64,000 nt of DNA from contig CALWSR010000002.1 of the NCBI GenBank assembly GCA_944384265.1, positions 40,361-104,360 on the forward strand, read 5' to 3'. This document shows, in pieces, positions 1-9,742 of the stretch (the stretch's first letter is position 1; the number at the start of each line of letters is the position of its first letter). The notes beneath the pieces are model-generated. The model had not been told where the DNA came from, searched no databases, and was given only the letters and a program-made list of their open reading frames with translations. The position numbers and the translations under genes are program-made. Source of the DNA: an uncultured Clostridia bacterium (GTDB lineage Bacteria > Bacillota > Clostridia > Lachnospirales > Anaerotignaceae).

Positions 1-2
1 TG

Positions 3-452
3 CTGTATATTTTGTGGCGGCGGCAGCTTACTGTCGTTTCTGATAGGGTCCATATGACAAAAGGTAAAATCTATTTCTTGAAATCTGTCTTTTAACTCCA
101 GTGTCAGCTCTTCCAAATCCGTTCCCATTAAATCATCTATACACGTTACAAACAGCAGCATAGCTCTGGGCTTTTTTTTCAGCCTTTTTAAAACCAAGTC
201 CACTGCATCAAAAATCTGTTTTTCATATCCTCCTGATACCACATCCTTTTCTTCCAAAAAATAATATGCCAGCCTATTGCGATACCTGTGCAAAACTGAA
301 CTAATGGCTCCATGCCGCCCGCAAGCAGGAGGAGAAAAAAAGATTTGAAAGCTGTCGGGAACAGACATACCAATTCTTACCATTCCCCAGCCTCCATGGG
401 CAGGGGATGTATAGCACAGTGTTTTATGAAAACAATTCATACCTTTATCCAT
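3..452 (-). CDS. Nitrogenase component-1-like (NifD/K-like oxidoreductase) subunit, N-terminal 150 aa, truncated by window edge; absent from ORF track
   Basis: Hand translation [49 protein letters not shown]...[13 protein letters not shown]...CHMDPI. ATG at 452 overlaps the nifH-like stop, with a GGAGG RBS. The C-x-x-L-x-G-x-D and PxxC motifs are typical of component-1 proteins. Confidence 0.8.
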   Translation of the reverse strand, partial: MDKGMNCFHKTLCYTSPAHGGWGMVRIGMSVPDSFQIFFSPPACGRHGAISSVLHRYRNRLAYYFLEEKDVVSGGYEKQIFDAVDLVLKRLKKKPRAMLLFVTCIDDLMGTDLEELTLELKDRFQEIDFTFCHMDPIRNDSKLPPPQNIQ

Positions 453-1203
453 TGCATACCTCCAAAATTTTTTTTGCTAAATGCTCATAGCTCTGTGACA
501 TTTCAGAATCAGGAAAAGCTTCAATCACCGTTTTTGTTTCCGCCTCTGCCTTTTGTACAACACCGTTTCTTGGTATGCAAGCAATGATACTGCTTCCCAT
601 TTCCTGTGCTGCTTTTTCTGTTATCTCATATTCATTTTCAACATTTCTTTCATTCAAAATCATTCCGCCAAGCTTTGCATAATTGCGTGTTCCAAACTGA
701 TTGATGGCATATGCAATGTTGCTGGCTGCATAAAGTGCCATTGCCTCTCCGGAAGTCACAATAAATACATAATCTGCATAGCCTTGTCGTATCGGCATGG
801 CAAATCCACCGCAAACAACATCACCCAATACATCATACAGCACAATATCAGGTTGATATGTTTCATAAACCCCCAGTTCTTCCATTTTTTCAAAGGCTGT
901 AATAATTCCTCTTCCGGCACAGCCTATGCCCGGTGTGGGGCCTCCAGCCTCCACACAAAATGTTTTTCCATATCCAGGAAAAACAATATCTTCTTTTGTT
1001 ATATCATTGTCTTTCTTTCTCAACTGGTCAAGAACAGAAGGAATTTGATATCCAGCCAAATTTTTTGTGGAATCTGCCTTGGGGTCACAACCAACTTGCA
1101 GCACACGATAACCCATTAGGCTAAAAGCAGCTGAAAGATTTGATGTGGTGGTTGATTTCCCAATTCCGCCTTTACCATATATTGCTATTTTAATCACTTT
1201 CAT
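445..1203 (-). CDS. nifH: NifH/BchL/CfbC-family iron protein (nitrogenase-like reductase ATPase)
   Basis: [11 protein letters not shown]-loop, [22 protein letters not shown] and [16 protein letters not shown] with both 4Fe-4S Cys. Start moved to ATG 1203 (AAAGGAG RBS). Confidence 0.93.
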   Translation of the reverse strand: MKVIKIAIYGKGGIGKSTTTSNLSAAFSLMGYRVLQVGCDPKADSTKNLAGYQIPSVLDQLRKKDNDITKEDIVFPGYGKTFCVEAGGPTPGIGCAGRGIITAFEKMEELGVYETYQPDIVLYDVLGDVVCGGFAMPIRQGYADYVFIVTSGEAMALYAASNIAYAINQFGTRNYAKLGGMILNERNVENEYEITEKAAQEMGSSIIACIPRNGVVQKAEAETKTVIEAFPDSEMSQSYEHLAKKILEVCNG

Positions 1204-1230
1204 TTCTCCTTTATGTAATATCATTTTTGT

Positions 1231-2040
1231 CTATACAACTGCTGTATTTTTATCCTCTGCATTAAGGGTCATAGGTACAATGCCATAATAGCTTTTTACA
1301 GTTTCTTTCACTTGAACCACCTTTGCAGAGATATCAAAAAATTCTTTGATATTTTCCTGTGTAATAATATGATTGGTATCTCCAAATAAATATCCATCCG
1401 ACTTCAGCATCAGCGTCTTGTCACAACATCTTAATGCATTTGCCGGAAAATGTGTATTGATAATAATAGACAAATTTTGTCTATGAGAAAGCCTGTCCAA
1501 AATATCCAGCACCTTCAGTTGATTTTTCATATCTAAATTAGATTCAGGCTCATCTAAAACCAAAACCTTTGGCTCCTTTGCCAATGCTCTTGCAATCAGC
1601 ACCATTTGCAGCTGTCCTCCTGATAATTTGTTGCAGGAGCGCTCTGCTAAATCCTCCATACCCATTTCTTCCAATATGCTGTATGCAAGTGCAAAATCTT
1701 TTTTATTTGGCACATGGCCAAAAGAAATATATTGTGAACGTCCCATTACAACCATATTTAAAACGCTGTATCCAAACACTAGCTGCTTTGCCTGAGGTAC
1801 ATAGCTTACAAGCTTCCAAAATTCCGTAGGCTGCATTTGTTTTGTATTTTTGCCGTTTAGCAGCATTTTCCCTTCTTTCAGCTTTAAAAATCCCAGCATA
1901 CATCTTAAAAATGTTGTTTTCCCAATTCCATTGGCACCTAAAATGGATAATGTTTCTCCTGTTTTTATCTCAAAGGACAAATCTCTAAAAAGAAAATCAC
2001 TGTTATCATAATAAAATCCGGCCTGCTCTACTTTAATCAT
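1231..2040 (-). CDS. ABC transporter ATP-binding protein, iron-chelate/cobalamin (FepC/FecE) family
   Basis: Walker A GANGIGKT, LSGGQLQ signature, LDEPESNLD Walker B. Start MIKVEQ at 2040 overlaps the permease stop. Confidence 0.92.
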   Translation of the reverse strand: MIKVEQAGFYYDNSDFLFRDLSFEIKTGETLSILGANGIGKTTFLRCMLGFLKLKEGKMLLNGKNTKQMQPTEFWKLVSYVPQAKQLVFGYSVLNMVVMGRSQYISFGHVPNKKDFALAYSILEEMGMEDLAERSCNKLSGGQLQMVLIARALAKEPKVLVLDEPESNLDMKNQLKVLDILDRLSHRQNLSIIINTHFPANALRCCDKTLMLKSDGYLFGDTNHIITQENIKEFFDISAKVVQVKETVKSYYGIVPMTLNAEDKNTAVV

Positions 2041-3031
2041 CCCATACTCCTCCTGTTTTATGCAAAAGTATTGCAAAAATAGGCGCTCCAACCACTGCTG
2101 TCAGTATAGAAAGGGGTATTTCTGAGGCTGTTGCACTTCTTGCTAATGTATCAATTACCAGCAAAAATATCCCTCCTCCTAAACAATTTGCACTAAGCAA
2201 TACTCTATGGTCGTTTCCGCACAGCATACGCATCAAATGGGGAACTGCAAGCCCAACAAAAGCAATCACACCGCAAAATGAAACAGATACCGAGGCAATA
2301 ATGGTTGTTGTCACAATAATGAGCAGTCTTGTCTGTTTGATGTTGATTCCTAAAGATATGGCTTCATCCTCATTTAACGAAATCACATTCAAACGCCATC
2401 TTAATAGCCATAATATCACAATAGAAAGGGATATCAGAGGAACGGCTTTTATAATGTCGCCCCAAGACGTACCCGCCATACTGCCCATCAGCCAATATGT
2501 AATTGCCGGAAGCTTTTGTTCTGGGTCTGCTATAAATTTTATAAGTGATGTGAAGGCTTCAAATACTGCACCAACAATCACCCCTGAAAGCACAAGCATC
2601 AATATACTGCTTTGACCGTTTTTTCTGCTCATGCGATAAGTAATGAACATTCCCAAAAAACCCATAAGCGTTGCCAAAATTTGAATATAAAAAAATTGAT
2701 TCCATAACAAAATCCCCAATGCCGCTCCAAAGCCTGCACTGTAAGAAACCCCTAATGTATGGGCGCTTACTAAAGGATTGCCAAACATTGCCTGAAGACA
2801 GACGCCGGAAACAGACAATCCGGCGCCTATTACTACTGACATAATAATGCGTGGCAAACGAATATTCCAAACAACTGTATCCATCTGAGGATGGATTCCT
2901 CTTTGAAACAATGCTGCACTGATATCCTTTAAATTCATGCTGTATCGGCCTGCACACAGTGCGACCAATATGGCGGCAATCAAAATAACAAAAAGTACTG
3001 CGCAAACCCTCATTTGTTTTTGAAATTTCAT
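2033..3031 (-). CDS. FecCD/BtuC-family ABC permease
   Basis: IRLPRIIMSVVIGAGLSVSG..LQAMFGNPL, FVGLAVPH, EIPLSILTAVVGAPIF motifs; hydrophobic helices. Confidence 0.93.
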   Translation of the reverse strand: MKFQKQMRVCAVLFVILIAAILVALCAGRYSMNLKDISAALFQRGIHPQMDTVVWNIRLPRIIMSVVIGAGLSVSGVCLQAMFGNPLVSAHTLGVSYSAGFGAALGILLWNQFFYIQILATLMGFLGMFITYRMSRKNGQSSILMLVLSGVIVGAVFEAFTSLIKFIADPEQKLPAITYWLMGSMAGTSWGDIIKAVPLISLSIVILWLLRWRLNVISLNEDEAISLGINIKQTRLLIIVTTTIIASVSVSFCGVIAFVGLAVPHLMRMLCGNDHRVLLSANCLGGGIFLLVIDTLARSATASEIPLSILTAVVGAPIFAILLHKTGGVWDD

Positions 3032-3053
3032 TTATCTGCCAGCTCCTTTTAAA

Positions 3054-4223
3054 TTATCGTGAACTTCCAAAGGATGCGCCCTTTGCAGCCTCAGGGTTTG
3101 CAGCAAGAATACCCTCTGCTTGTTCCTGTGTCAGTGTATACTGATAAAATTCTTCATAATAGGATTTGATTTCTTCTACCATGTCATATGTAAATAAATC
3201 AGGATGAAGTGTTTGTGCCATCCATTTTGCCATTAAAGGCGCATCTCCTGATGGCGGAAACCAACGATATGTTCCCAAAGGCTCTTTAAACACTTTTCCA
3301 TTTTGCACTGCTGCAACCTGACTCCAATCCTGCCCTTCTATTGTATTGTTATAAAGGTCCTCAGGCATTGTTTCTGTAAATGTTGTAATCAAAATGATAT
3401 CCGGATTCCATTGATATACCTGCTCCATATTTACAATGGCATGTCCGCTGATTTCAGCTGCTGCATTGCTTCCGCCGGCCGATTCAATCCAAAATCCTCC
3501 ATAAAAATCATTTCCGCTTACACTAATTTCATCAGCACTATGCCCATACAAATAAAGTACCTTTGGCTTATCTTCTTCTGGTATTTGATTGACAACCTCT
3601 GCAATTTCTGACTGGACCTGTGTACCATACTCCAATACCTTGGCTGCATTTCCATTGTCGCTGTCTGTTCCAAACATGGTTCCCATAATTTCCAGCCAGC
3701 TTTCCATTGTTTTTAGTGCATCGCCCCCTGCTTGGGTTTTCACCCCTACCGCCGGAATGCCTGCTTCTGTCATAATATCATATTGATTTGTATATTCTGC
3801 CCAATACATCACCACATCCGGGTCCAGCTTAAGCAGCTCTTCAATGTTGATATCAAGCCCGTCAATAAAATTGCTTGGTACATTTACCAAATCCGGATAC
3901 ATTGATTTCATTACAGAGTTTTCAATGGCACTTGCAGACCCGGGATGCATTCCAACCAAATTTTCAATGGGTGCGCCGGTAATTGCATAAATGCTTGGCA
4001 ATGGCAGTGCTGTTAAAACCACTCTGGAAGCATCTTTTGGCACTTTTGCAGTCATATTATTTTGGTCTACAACCTCAATATAATTTTCAGCTGACGTTTC
4101 TTCTGATGATGCCGTTTGCAAAGAAGCCGCTTCCTCCTGCATGGTATCTGCTGCACTGCCGCAGCCTGCTGAAATTACCCCCAAGGCACAAATGACAGCA
4201 GCTAATACTACTCTTTTTTTCAT
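3054..4223 (-). CDS. Metal-chelate ABC substrate-binding lipoprotein (class III helical backbone)
   Basis: Signal peptide with lipobox SAGC, NIEELLKLDPDVV, VNMEQVYQWNPDII, AVQNGKVF motifs. Start at ATG 4223 (GAAAGGGG RBS). Confidence 0.9.
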   Translation of the reverse strand: MKKRVVLAAVICALGVISAGCGSAADTMQEEAASLQTASSEETSAENYIEVVDQNNMTAKVPKDASRVVLTALPLPSIYAITGAPIENLVGMHPGSASAIENSVMKSMYPDLVNVPSNFIDGLDINIEELLKLDPDVVMYWAEYTNQYDIMTEAGIPAVGVKTQAGGDALKTMESWLEIMGTMFGTDSDNGNAAKVLEYGTQVQSEIAEVVNQIPEEDKPKVLYLYGHSADEISVSGNDFYGGFWIESAGGSNAAAEISGHAIVNMEQVYQWNPDIILITTFTETMPEDLYNNTIEGQDWSQVAAVQNGKVFKEPLGTYRWFPPSGDAPLMAKWMAQTLHPDLFTYDMVEEIKSYYEEFYQYTLTQEQAEGILAANPEAAKGASFGSSR

Positions 4224-4272
4224 AAATTTGACCCCTTTCATTTATAAATTAGTGTTAGCTAACTTGTGTGAA

Positions 4273-4301
4273 ATATTACCAAATTATTAATAAAATGTCA
4301 A
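4273..4301 (-). promoter_or_regulatory. SigA-type promoter of the ABC/nitrogenase-like operon
   Basis: TTGACA (4301-4296), 17 bp spacer, TAATAT (4278-4273) on the minus strand. Confidence 0.7.
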
Positions 4302-4510
4302 TTGCAGGCTAAAAAAAGTTGTCTAAAACTAACTTCTTTTTTACTGTCCTAAAAGCTAAAATACATAATACGAAAAGAGCCATAGCATTCTATAATGTAT
4401 TGATAAAGATATGTTTGTTTCAATACGGATTCTATATTTCAAAGCATAAAAAACAAAAAAATTTTCGATTTTGTTACATAAAATTTATTTATCTAAAAAG
4501 ACTGAGATAT

Positions 4511-4544
4511 AAAAAACCGTCAAAGCAATTTGCTTTGGCGGTTT
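4511..4544 (-). terminator. Intrinsic terminator
   Basis: Stem AAACCGCCAAAGC/GCTTTGACGGTTT followed by a T run on the minus strand. Confidence 0.6.
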
Positions 4545-4831
4545 GATACATTTTTAAAATAATATGCAACACATAGCATATTATTTTATGTCAGTACATA
4601 AACAGATTTCTAAACCCTTCCTTCCGTCTTTTTTGTTTATAAAACATTATTGAGCCAGTTGGAATCATAAAAATAATAAAATTTATTCTATTTATTTCAA
4701 ACCATTATTTGATATACAATAGAACAACCACCTTTTTCATCATACAAAACACAAAACATTATTTGCCTGTCGCAGTATTTTCCTATTTCTAGTTTTTGCA
4801 AGCATTCTATAAAAGCTTTACTGCCAATTTT

Positions 4832-6259
4832 TTATTTTATTTTTTCCCAACCTGCATAAACAGCACTTTTTTCTTCCATGACAATTTCTGTTATGGGTTT
4901 TTTCAAATCTTTATCTGCATACCAGCCTGTAAAGCGATATCCCTTTTTTACAGGAACATATTCTGTCAGGTCTACTGTGGAGCCAACTGTTTTTCGTCTG
5001 GTAGCAACAGACACACTTTCATTGGGCAGCTTTCCGCCATTTCCATGAAATCTCAATATGCCCGCAGCAGGTCGTGGTTCCACATCACTATCCTCTGAAT
5101 AGCTTGCAGACACTGTACATGTAACGCTTTCCTGTTTTGTTGTGGCTGTAAACCTATAAAGTCCTAATTCATTTGGCAATAAAGCCTCCCAAGTATAAGG
5201 ACTTTTTTGTGTGAGTGTGATATATGGCCTATTACACGTTACATTTGCCTCCAAGCTTGTGGTCAATGTTACAACGCCGCCGCCATCTAAAAAAGTATCA
5301 TTTGGCTTAATGGTAAGCTCTTTTTGAAATATCCCTGGTTCGTTCCACCCAAGCTGTGCATATTTATATAATTCCTCCGGATATGTTGCAATGCTGTAAA
5401 TCCCCAAGCTTTCTCCCTCTTCACTATCCTGTACCATATCACGGATATTGCAGCGATATGGTACATCTTCTGTATATAAAGTGAACATAAATTCTCGTTT
5501 TAATACCTTTTCACCGGAAAGCATTCCTTTTTCTGCAATACAGCTTTCAAAACGCCAAGAAGTAACGTTTTCATTAAAAAAATCCATCAATGTTTTTATT
5601 TTTTCTTCTAAGTTCTCTGTGTTGTCTTTTGCTGTTTGAGCAAATAAATCATAAATATTTTGACTGTTTTCTGCTTTGGAAAGGGAAAGAAGTGTTTCCA
5701 TCCTATCCTGCTGGTATACTTCCTTTTGAGGATAAAAAATATAAATTCCCGGATTTTCCACTCCATAGCCGTAACAATCCTTTTTTAAATCCTCCGGATA
5801 AATAGAAATGCTGTAAAATCCCTCATTTTCTGTTTGGGCAGTGTCCATCCGTACCTCTCTAATGTCGCAAGCATAGGTAGTATCATCTGTATATAATAAA
5901 TAGCTATAATACTCCCTATCTTTTATATCATTTAATCTATAGCTTGCATCTCCCATTCCTGAAGAATATTCCCAAGATGTCATATTTTCATTTAAAAATT
6001 GTATCAATTCAGATATTTTAAATTGTAGATTTTCTGCATTTTCTTTTGCTGGCTGAGAAAAAATAGCATATATGTTCTCAGTATCCTTTTCCTCTACCAA
6101 ATTCAAAAAATTGCTCATTGTCTTTTCAGCAGTAGAAAACCCCCAATATTCTCCATCTACTATAAAATCAGTACGTTCTGGCTTATCTGGTAAAAAGAAT
6201 GAAAAAATAGATGAAAAAAATGCTATAACAGTAGTAAAAAGCATTACAATTATTTTCAT
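4832..6259 (-). CDS. Membrane-anchored protein with two DUF5104-like domains and a C-terminal InlB B-repeat (Listeria-Bacteroides repeat)
   Basis: N-terminal hydrophobic segment. Internal duplication (KDTENIYAIFSQPAKENAENLQFKISELIQF / ENSQNIYDLFAQTAKDNTENLEEKIKTLMDF). C-terminus FHGNGG..P.KKGYRFTGWY.D...VYAGW. Confidence 0.7.
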   Translation of the reverse strand: MKIIVMLFTTVIAFFSSIFSFFLPDKPERTDFIVDGEYWGFSTAEKTMSNFLNLVEEKDTENIYAIFSQPAKENAENLQFKISELIQFLNENMTSWEYSSGMGDASYRLNDIKDREYYSYLLYTDDTTYACDIREVRMDTAQTENEGFYSISIYPEDLKKDCYGYGVENPGIYIFYPQKEVYQQDRMETLLSLSKAENSQNIYDLFAQTAKDNTENLEEKIKTLMDFFNENVTSWRFESCIAEKGMLSGEKVLKREFMFTLYTEDVPYRCNIRDMVQDSEEGESLGIYSIATYPEELYKYAQLGWNEPGIFQKELTIKPNDTFLDGGGVVTLTTSLEANVTCNRPYITLTQKSPYTWEALLPNELGLYRFTATTKQESVTCTVSASYSEDSDVEPRPAAGILRFHGNGGKLPNESVSVATRRKTVGSTVDLTEYVPVKKGYRFTGWYADKDLKKPITEIVMEEKSAVYAGWEKIK

Positions 6260-6372
6260 AATATAGCCCCTTTCCTCATAAATGCAATATAAAAATGGAA
6301 GTGATGTCCATTGACAATGTTACGATATCAAAGACAAAAAATTTGAAAACTTACTGCCATACAAATATACAA

Positions 6373-7167
6373 TCATAGCTGCTGAGGGATTTCTTCTTTG
6401 CAATACTTTATACCGCTAAAAATACCTTCATCTCTTTCCTCCAGCTTAATCACAAATATTGTCCTTTCCTCCTCAGCATAAACACATCCACATACATTAT
6501 CTGTATAAAGTGATTTATATTTTTTGATGGCATTACGCTCAATTTTGTAAGCTTCTAAATTTTCTTCAAAAATTGTTTCTGAAACCCATCCATTTTTTTC
6601 TAATACATCCACTGCTGTTCCATACATTTCACATAATAAAGTATCACAAAGAACTTGCATCAAAAAATCAGATAAACTGTTTGTCCAAAGCTTCCATTCT
6701 GAAATGGAATCGCATTCATGATTCATGTATACAGGCGGGTCACTTTTCTCCAAATCTGCAACACAGATGCCAAACTTCACAACACCTGCGGCAAAATCAC
6801 TTCCAATGCACAAATAATCGGAAACTATGTTGCCCCAATGTTCTTTTGGAAGCTTATAAAACTGGAAATATTCATTTTTGATAGTGCCGTCAGAACAATT
6901 TTTCCAATGTTCTTTTTCTTCTGCTATCCTTTGCTCCATGTCATCATAAAAAAATGAAAAATATGGTTTATGGTTTACCCATATATCCGCAGTAGAAAAC
7001 AGAGAAGAATCTGCTGCCAAGCTTAAAAATTCCACTAGCATCGACGGCAAAGCCCTATTTTTTTGTTGGCTATCCATAATCATGTTATATTTCGGGATAG
7101 ATTTTTTGTATCCTAATTGCTCCAATATTTCAATTGCTGTTAAATTGTATGTATATTTCATATACAA
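6373..7167 (-). CDS. SMI1/KNR4 (SUKH)-like protein, possible immunity protein
   Basis: LPSMLVEFL near the N-terminus, YLCIGSD..GVVKFGI, DPPVY and NSLSDFL resemble SUKH motifs. Confidence 0.55.
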   Translation of the reverse strand: MYMKYTYNLTAIEILEQLGYKKSIPKYNMIMDSQQKNRALPSMLVEFLSLAADSSLFSTADIWVNHKPYFSFFYDDMEQRIAEEKEHWKNCSDGTIKNEYFQFYKLPKEHWGNIVSDYLCIGSDFAAGVVKFGICVADLEKSDPPVYMNHECDSISEWKLWTNSLSDFLMQVLCDTLLCEMYGTAVDVLEKNGWVSETIFEENLEAYKIERNAIKKYKSLYTDNVCGCVYAEEERTIFVIKLEERDEGIFSGIKYCKEEIPQQL

Positions 7168-7390
7168 ATTCCTCCTAATGTATCAGTGCTTTAAAGCAGG
7201 CTATATAGAAAAGCTTTTTTTGGAAAAAAGCTGTCATATAGTAGGGATATCAGACAATACCATATCATACAAATGAAATATGATAAGCTATTCTAAAAAA
7301 ATAGTGAATATGCAAATTTGCAATATCATCCATTTATGGTTTAATATAAGTATAACATATAATCAATCATTTTGAAAAAGGAGATAAAAA

Positions 7391-7705
7391 ATGAATAAAA
7401 ACCATGTTATTGATGAAAGCTTCATTTATGAAATACTTTCTGTCGTAGAAGAAATTCCAATAGGTCATGTGGCTACATACGGACAAATTGCACGATTGAT
7501 TGGCAGAGATAAAAATGCTCGTGTTGTTGGCAATGTTGTTGCACAGGCACATCATTATGGCCATTTTCCTTGTCACAGAGTTGTAAACTACGCAGGACGT
7601 TTAGCCCCTAACTGGCCGGAACAGGCCTTTTTATTACAACAAGAAGGTGTTCAATTAAAAGAAAATGGATATGTTGATTTAAAGCAATATCAATGGAATT
7701 GTTGA
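7391..7705 (+). CDS. MGMT / alkyltransferase-like DNA repair protein
   Basis: IPIGHVATYGQIA, ARVVG, PCHRVVN active-site motif, LLQQEGV. Confidence 0.9.
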   Translation: MNKNHVIDESFIYEILSVVEEIPIGHVATYGQIARLIGRDKNARVVGNVVAQAHHYGHFPCHRVVNYAGRLAPNWPEQAFLLQQEGVQLKENGYVDLKQYQWNC

Positions 7706-7740
7706 CACACAACCTATTATATATATACTATACATATCCG

Positions 7741-7900
7741 GGTGTCAAAAAAGTATCCCCCTGTCACCAAAAGCTCACATTTCATGCAAGCCTTTGGCGA
7801 GTAGACAGAAGTATAAAGCAGAGGTTCCATGGGCTAAAAGCCTTGAAACTCCTGCTTTTCCTCGCCGGAAATAAATTCCAACTCCTTTCGTGTGCCTGAA
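7741..7900. other. Structured non-coding segment, possible IS-end/MITE remnant
   Basis: Long imperfect hairpin GGCGAG..AAAGCAG..GGCT-AAA-AGCC..CTGCTTT..CTCGCC, preceded by GGGTGTCAAAAAAGT; GC-richer than its flanks. Confidence 0.35.
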
Positions 7901-8272
7901 AAAATATAAAATCTAGTTTTTCTACTGTATATAGTGTTTGTTTTTTCAATCTTCCATAGTGATTGCGGCCTTTACATTTAACAAATGACCTGCAATTTGG
8001 TTTTCGTATCATACCGCCTTGTGTTTTGATTACAATTTCATATGATTTTTCAAATCATATTTTGTATATATTTACAAATTATATATTGTAATATTTCTAT
8101 TTTTTGATACACTTATAATAGATAAGCTGTTATGAACTATTTTTTATTTTAAATAATATTTTTTATAAATTCACATTTTATTTACAAATATTACATATTC
8201 AATTCATATTTTAACAGTATAGTATAGACATACCCAATAAACATAGCAAAATTACATGACACTTCCCTAAAG

Positions 8273-8303
8273 AAAAAAGAACCTGCCCCTCAGGTTCTTT
8301 TTT
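8273..8303. terminator. Bidirectional intrinsic terminator
   Basis: AAAAAAGAACCTG-CCCCT-CAGGTTCTTTTTT immediately after the CDF gene stop. Confidence 0.75.
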
Positions 8304-8309
8304 CTTTTC

Positions 8310-9488
8310 TCATAAATGGACTGCATCTATGTGGTCTATTGTAATTTCCACAACAGCATTTTTTTCTATTTTTTCTATTTCTTTTTTTATGCTATGGCAA
8401 ATAAACGCATCAGACTCCTTCCACTGATATGGTACTGTCACATCAAAAAATATTCTTGCTTGTGTTGCATTTGTCACCACTCTAAAATCATGTATTTTAA
8501 AATCAGGATATATTTCCAAAATAATGCCTTTTATTTTTTGGTACAACTCTTTTGTTTTTTCATCCTCCATATCAACAGGGTCCATATGAATTACAGCATC
8601 ACAGCAAAACATTTGCTTCACTGCTCTTTCAATTTCATCAATATCATTGTGTATTTTTAATATATTTTCATGGGCAGACACTTCTGCATGAAGTGAAATT
8701 AATTTTTTTTCTGCTCCATAGCTATGCACAATCAAATCATGTATTCCCAATATAGAATCATAGGATAATATAAACTTTTTTATTTCTTCTATAAACTCTT
8801 TATCCGGTGCCGTTCCAAGCAATGGATTTAAAGTATCTTTAGCTGTTGTAATACCCGTATATAATATAAATACAGCTACTAATACTCCAATATATCCATC
8901 TATATTTCGATTGAAAAAATGATTTATCAATATCCCTATTATAACAGCTATTGTAACAATTACATCACTGAAACTATCCATGGCTGTTGCTTTTACTGTG
9001 GAAGATTGAATCATCGTTGCTATTTTTTGATTAAAAACACTTAGCCATATTTTTATAACAATAGAAATCAATAGTATTATAATAGTGCTTATATGAAATG
9101 TTATCTCTTGTGGGAAAAATATTTTTTCTGCTGAAGTTTTTAATAGTTCTATACCTACTAAAATAATCATAATAGAAACAATAAACCCGGCAATATATTC
9201 ATATCTTCCATGTCCAAAGGGATGTTCTTTATCAGGAGATTTTCCTGAAAGCTGAAATCCCAATACTGTTGCAATAGAAGAAGCAGCATCAGATAAATTA
9301 TTAAAAGCATCTGCTGTAATAGATACAGAATGTGTTATAATACCAGAAAATAATTTTATCAAAAATAATACGATATTACAAAAAATGCCTACATAACCAC
9401 TTACTATACCATATCTTTTTCTAACAGAAGTATGATTCTTTTTATCTTTTTTATTTTCAATAAAATATTTTATAATAAAATGCGTCAC
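8310..9488 (-). CDS. Cation diffusion facilitator (FieF/MMT1-like) transporter
   Basis: ADAFNNLSD, PDKEHPFGHGRYEY, DSFSD, IHDLIVH and C-terminal dimerisation domains. Confidence 0.92.
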   Translation of the reverse strand: MTHFIIKYFIENKKDKKNHTSVRKRYGIVSGYVGIFCNIVLFLIKLFSGIITHSVSITADAFNNLSDAASSIATVLGFQLSGKSPDKEHPFGHGRYEYIAGFIVSIMIILVGIELLKTSAEKIFFPQEITFHISTIIILLISIVIKIWLSVFNQKIATMIQSSTVKATAMDSFSDVIVTIAVIIGILINHFFNRNIDGYIGVLVAVFILYTGITTAKDTLNPLLGTAPDKEFIEEIKKFILSYDSILGIHDLIVHSYGAEKKLISLHAEVSAHENILKIHNDIDEIERAVKQMFCCDAVIHMDPVDMEDEKTKELYQKIKGIILEIYPDFKIHDFRVVTNATQARIFFDVTVPYQWKESDAFICHSIKKEIEKIEKNAVVEITIDHIDAVHL

Positions 9489-9702
9489 ATTTTTTCTCCT
9501 TTCTATTTTTAGAATTCTATTACTTTCCTTTCCTATGAAACAAAAACCAAAACCAATCCTTTACCATACTTGGCGTTTTGAGATAGAAATCGGCAATATC
9601 TTCCCTTCAACCAGCAAGGATTTTGCGTCTTTCCAATCCTCACAATTTTGGGAAAAATATATCTATAAATATCATATTATTTTTTTAACATATAAAATAT
9701 AC

Positions 9703-9739
9703 AAAAAGACCTTGTATCCATTTTTTACAAGGTCTTTTT
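9703..9739 (-). terminator. Intrinsic terminator after the DUF2156 gene
   Basis: AAAAAGACCTTGTA...TACAAGGTCTTTTT inverted repeat. Confidence 0.7.
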
Positions 9740-9742
9740 GTA

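Noticed and set aside
3-1203. Calling the locus nitrogen fixation
   Set aside because: No nifB/E/N/S/U is visible, the component-1 N-terminus is divergent, and linkage to a metal-chelate ABC importer fits nitrogenase-like paralogues better.
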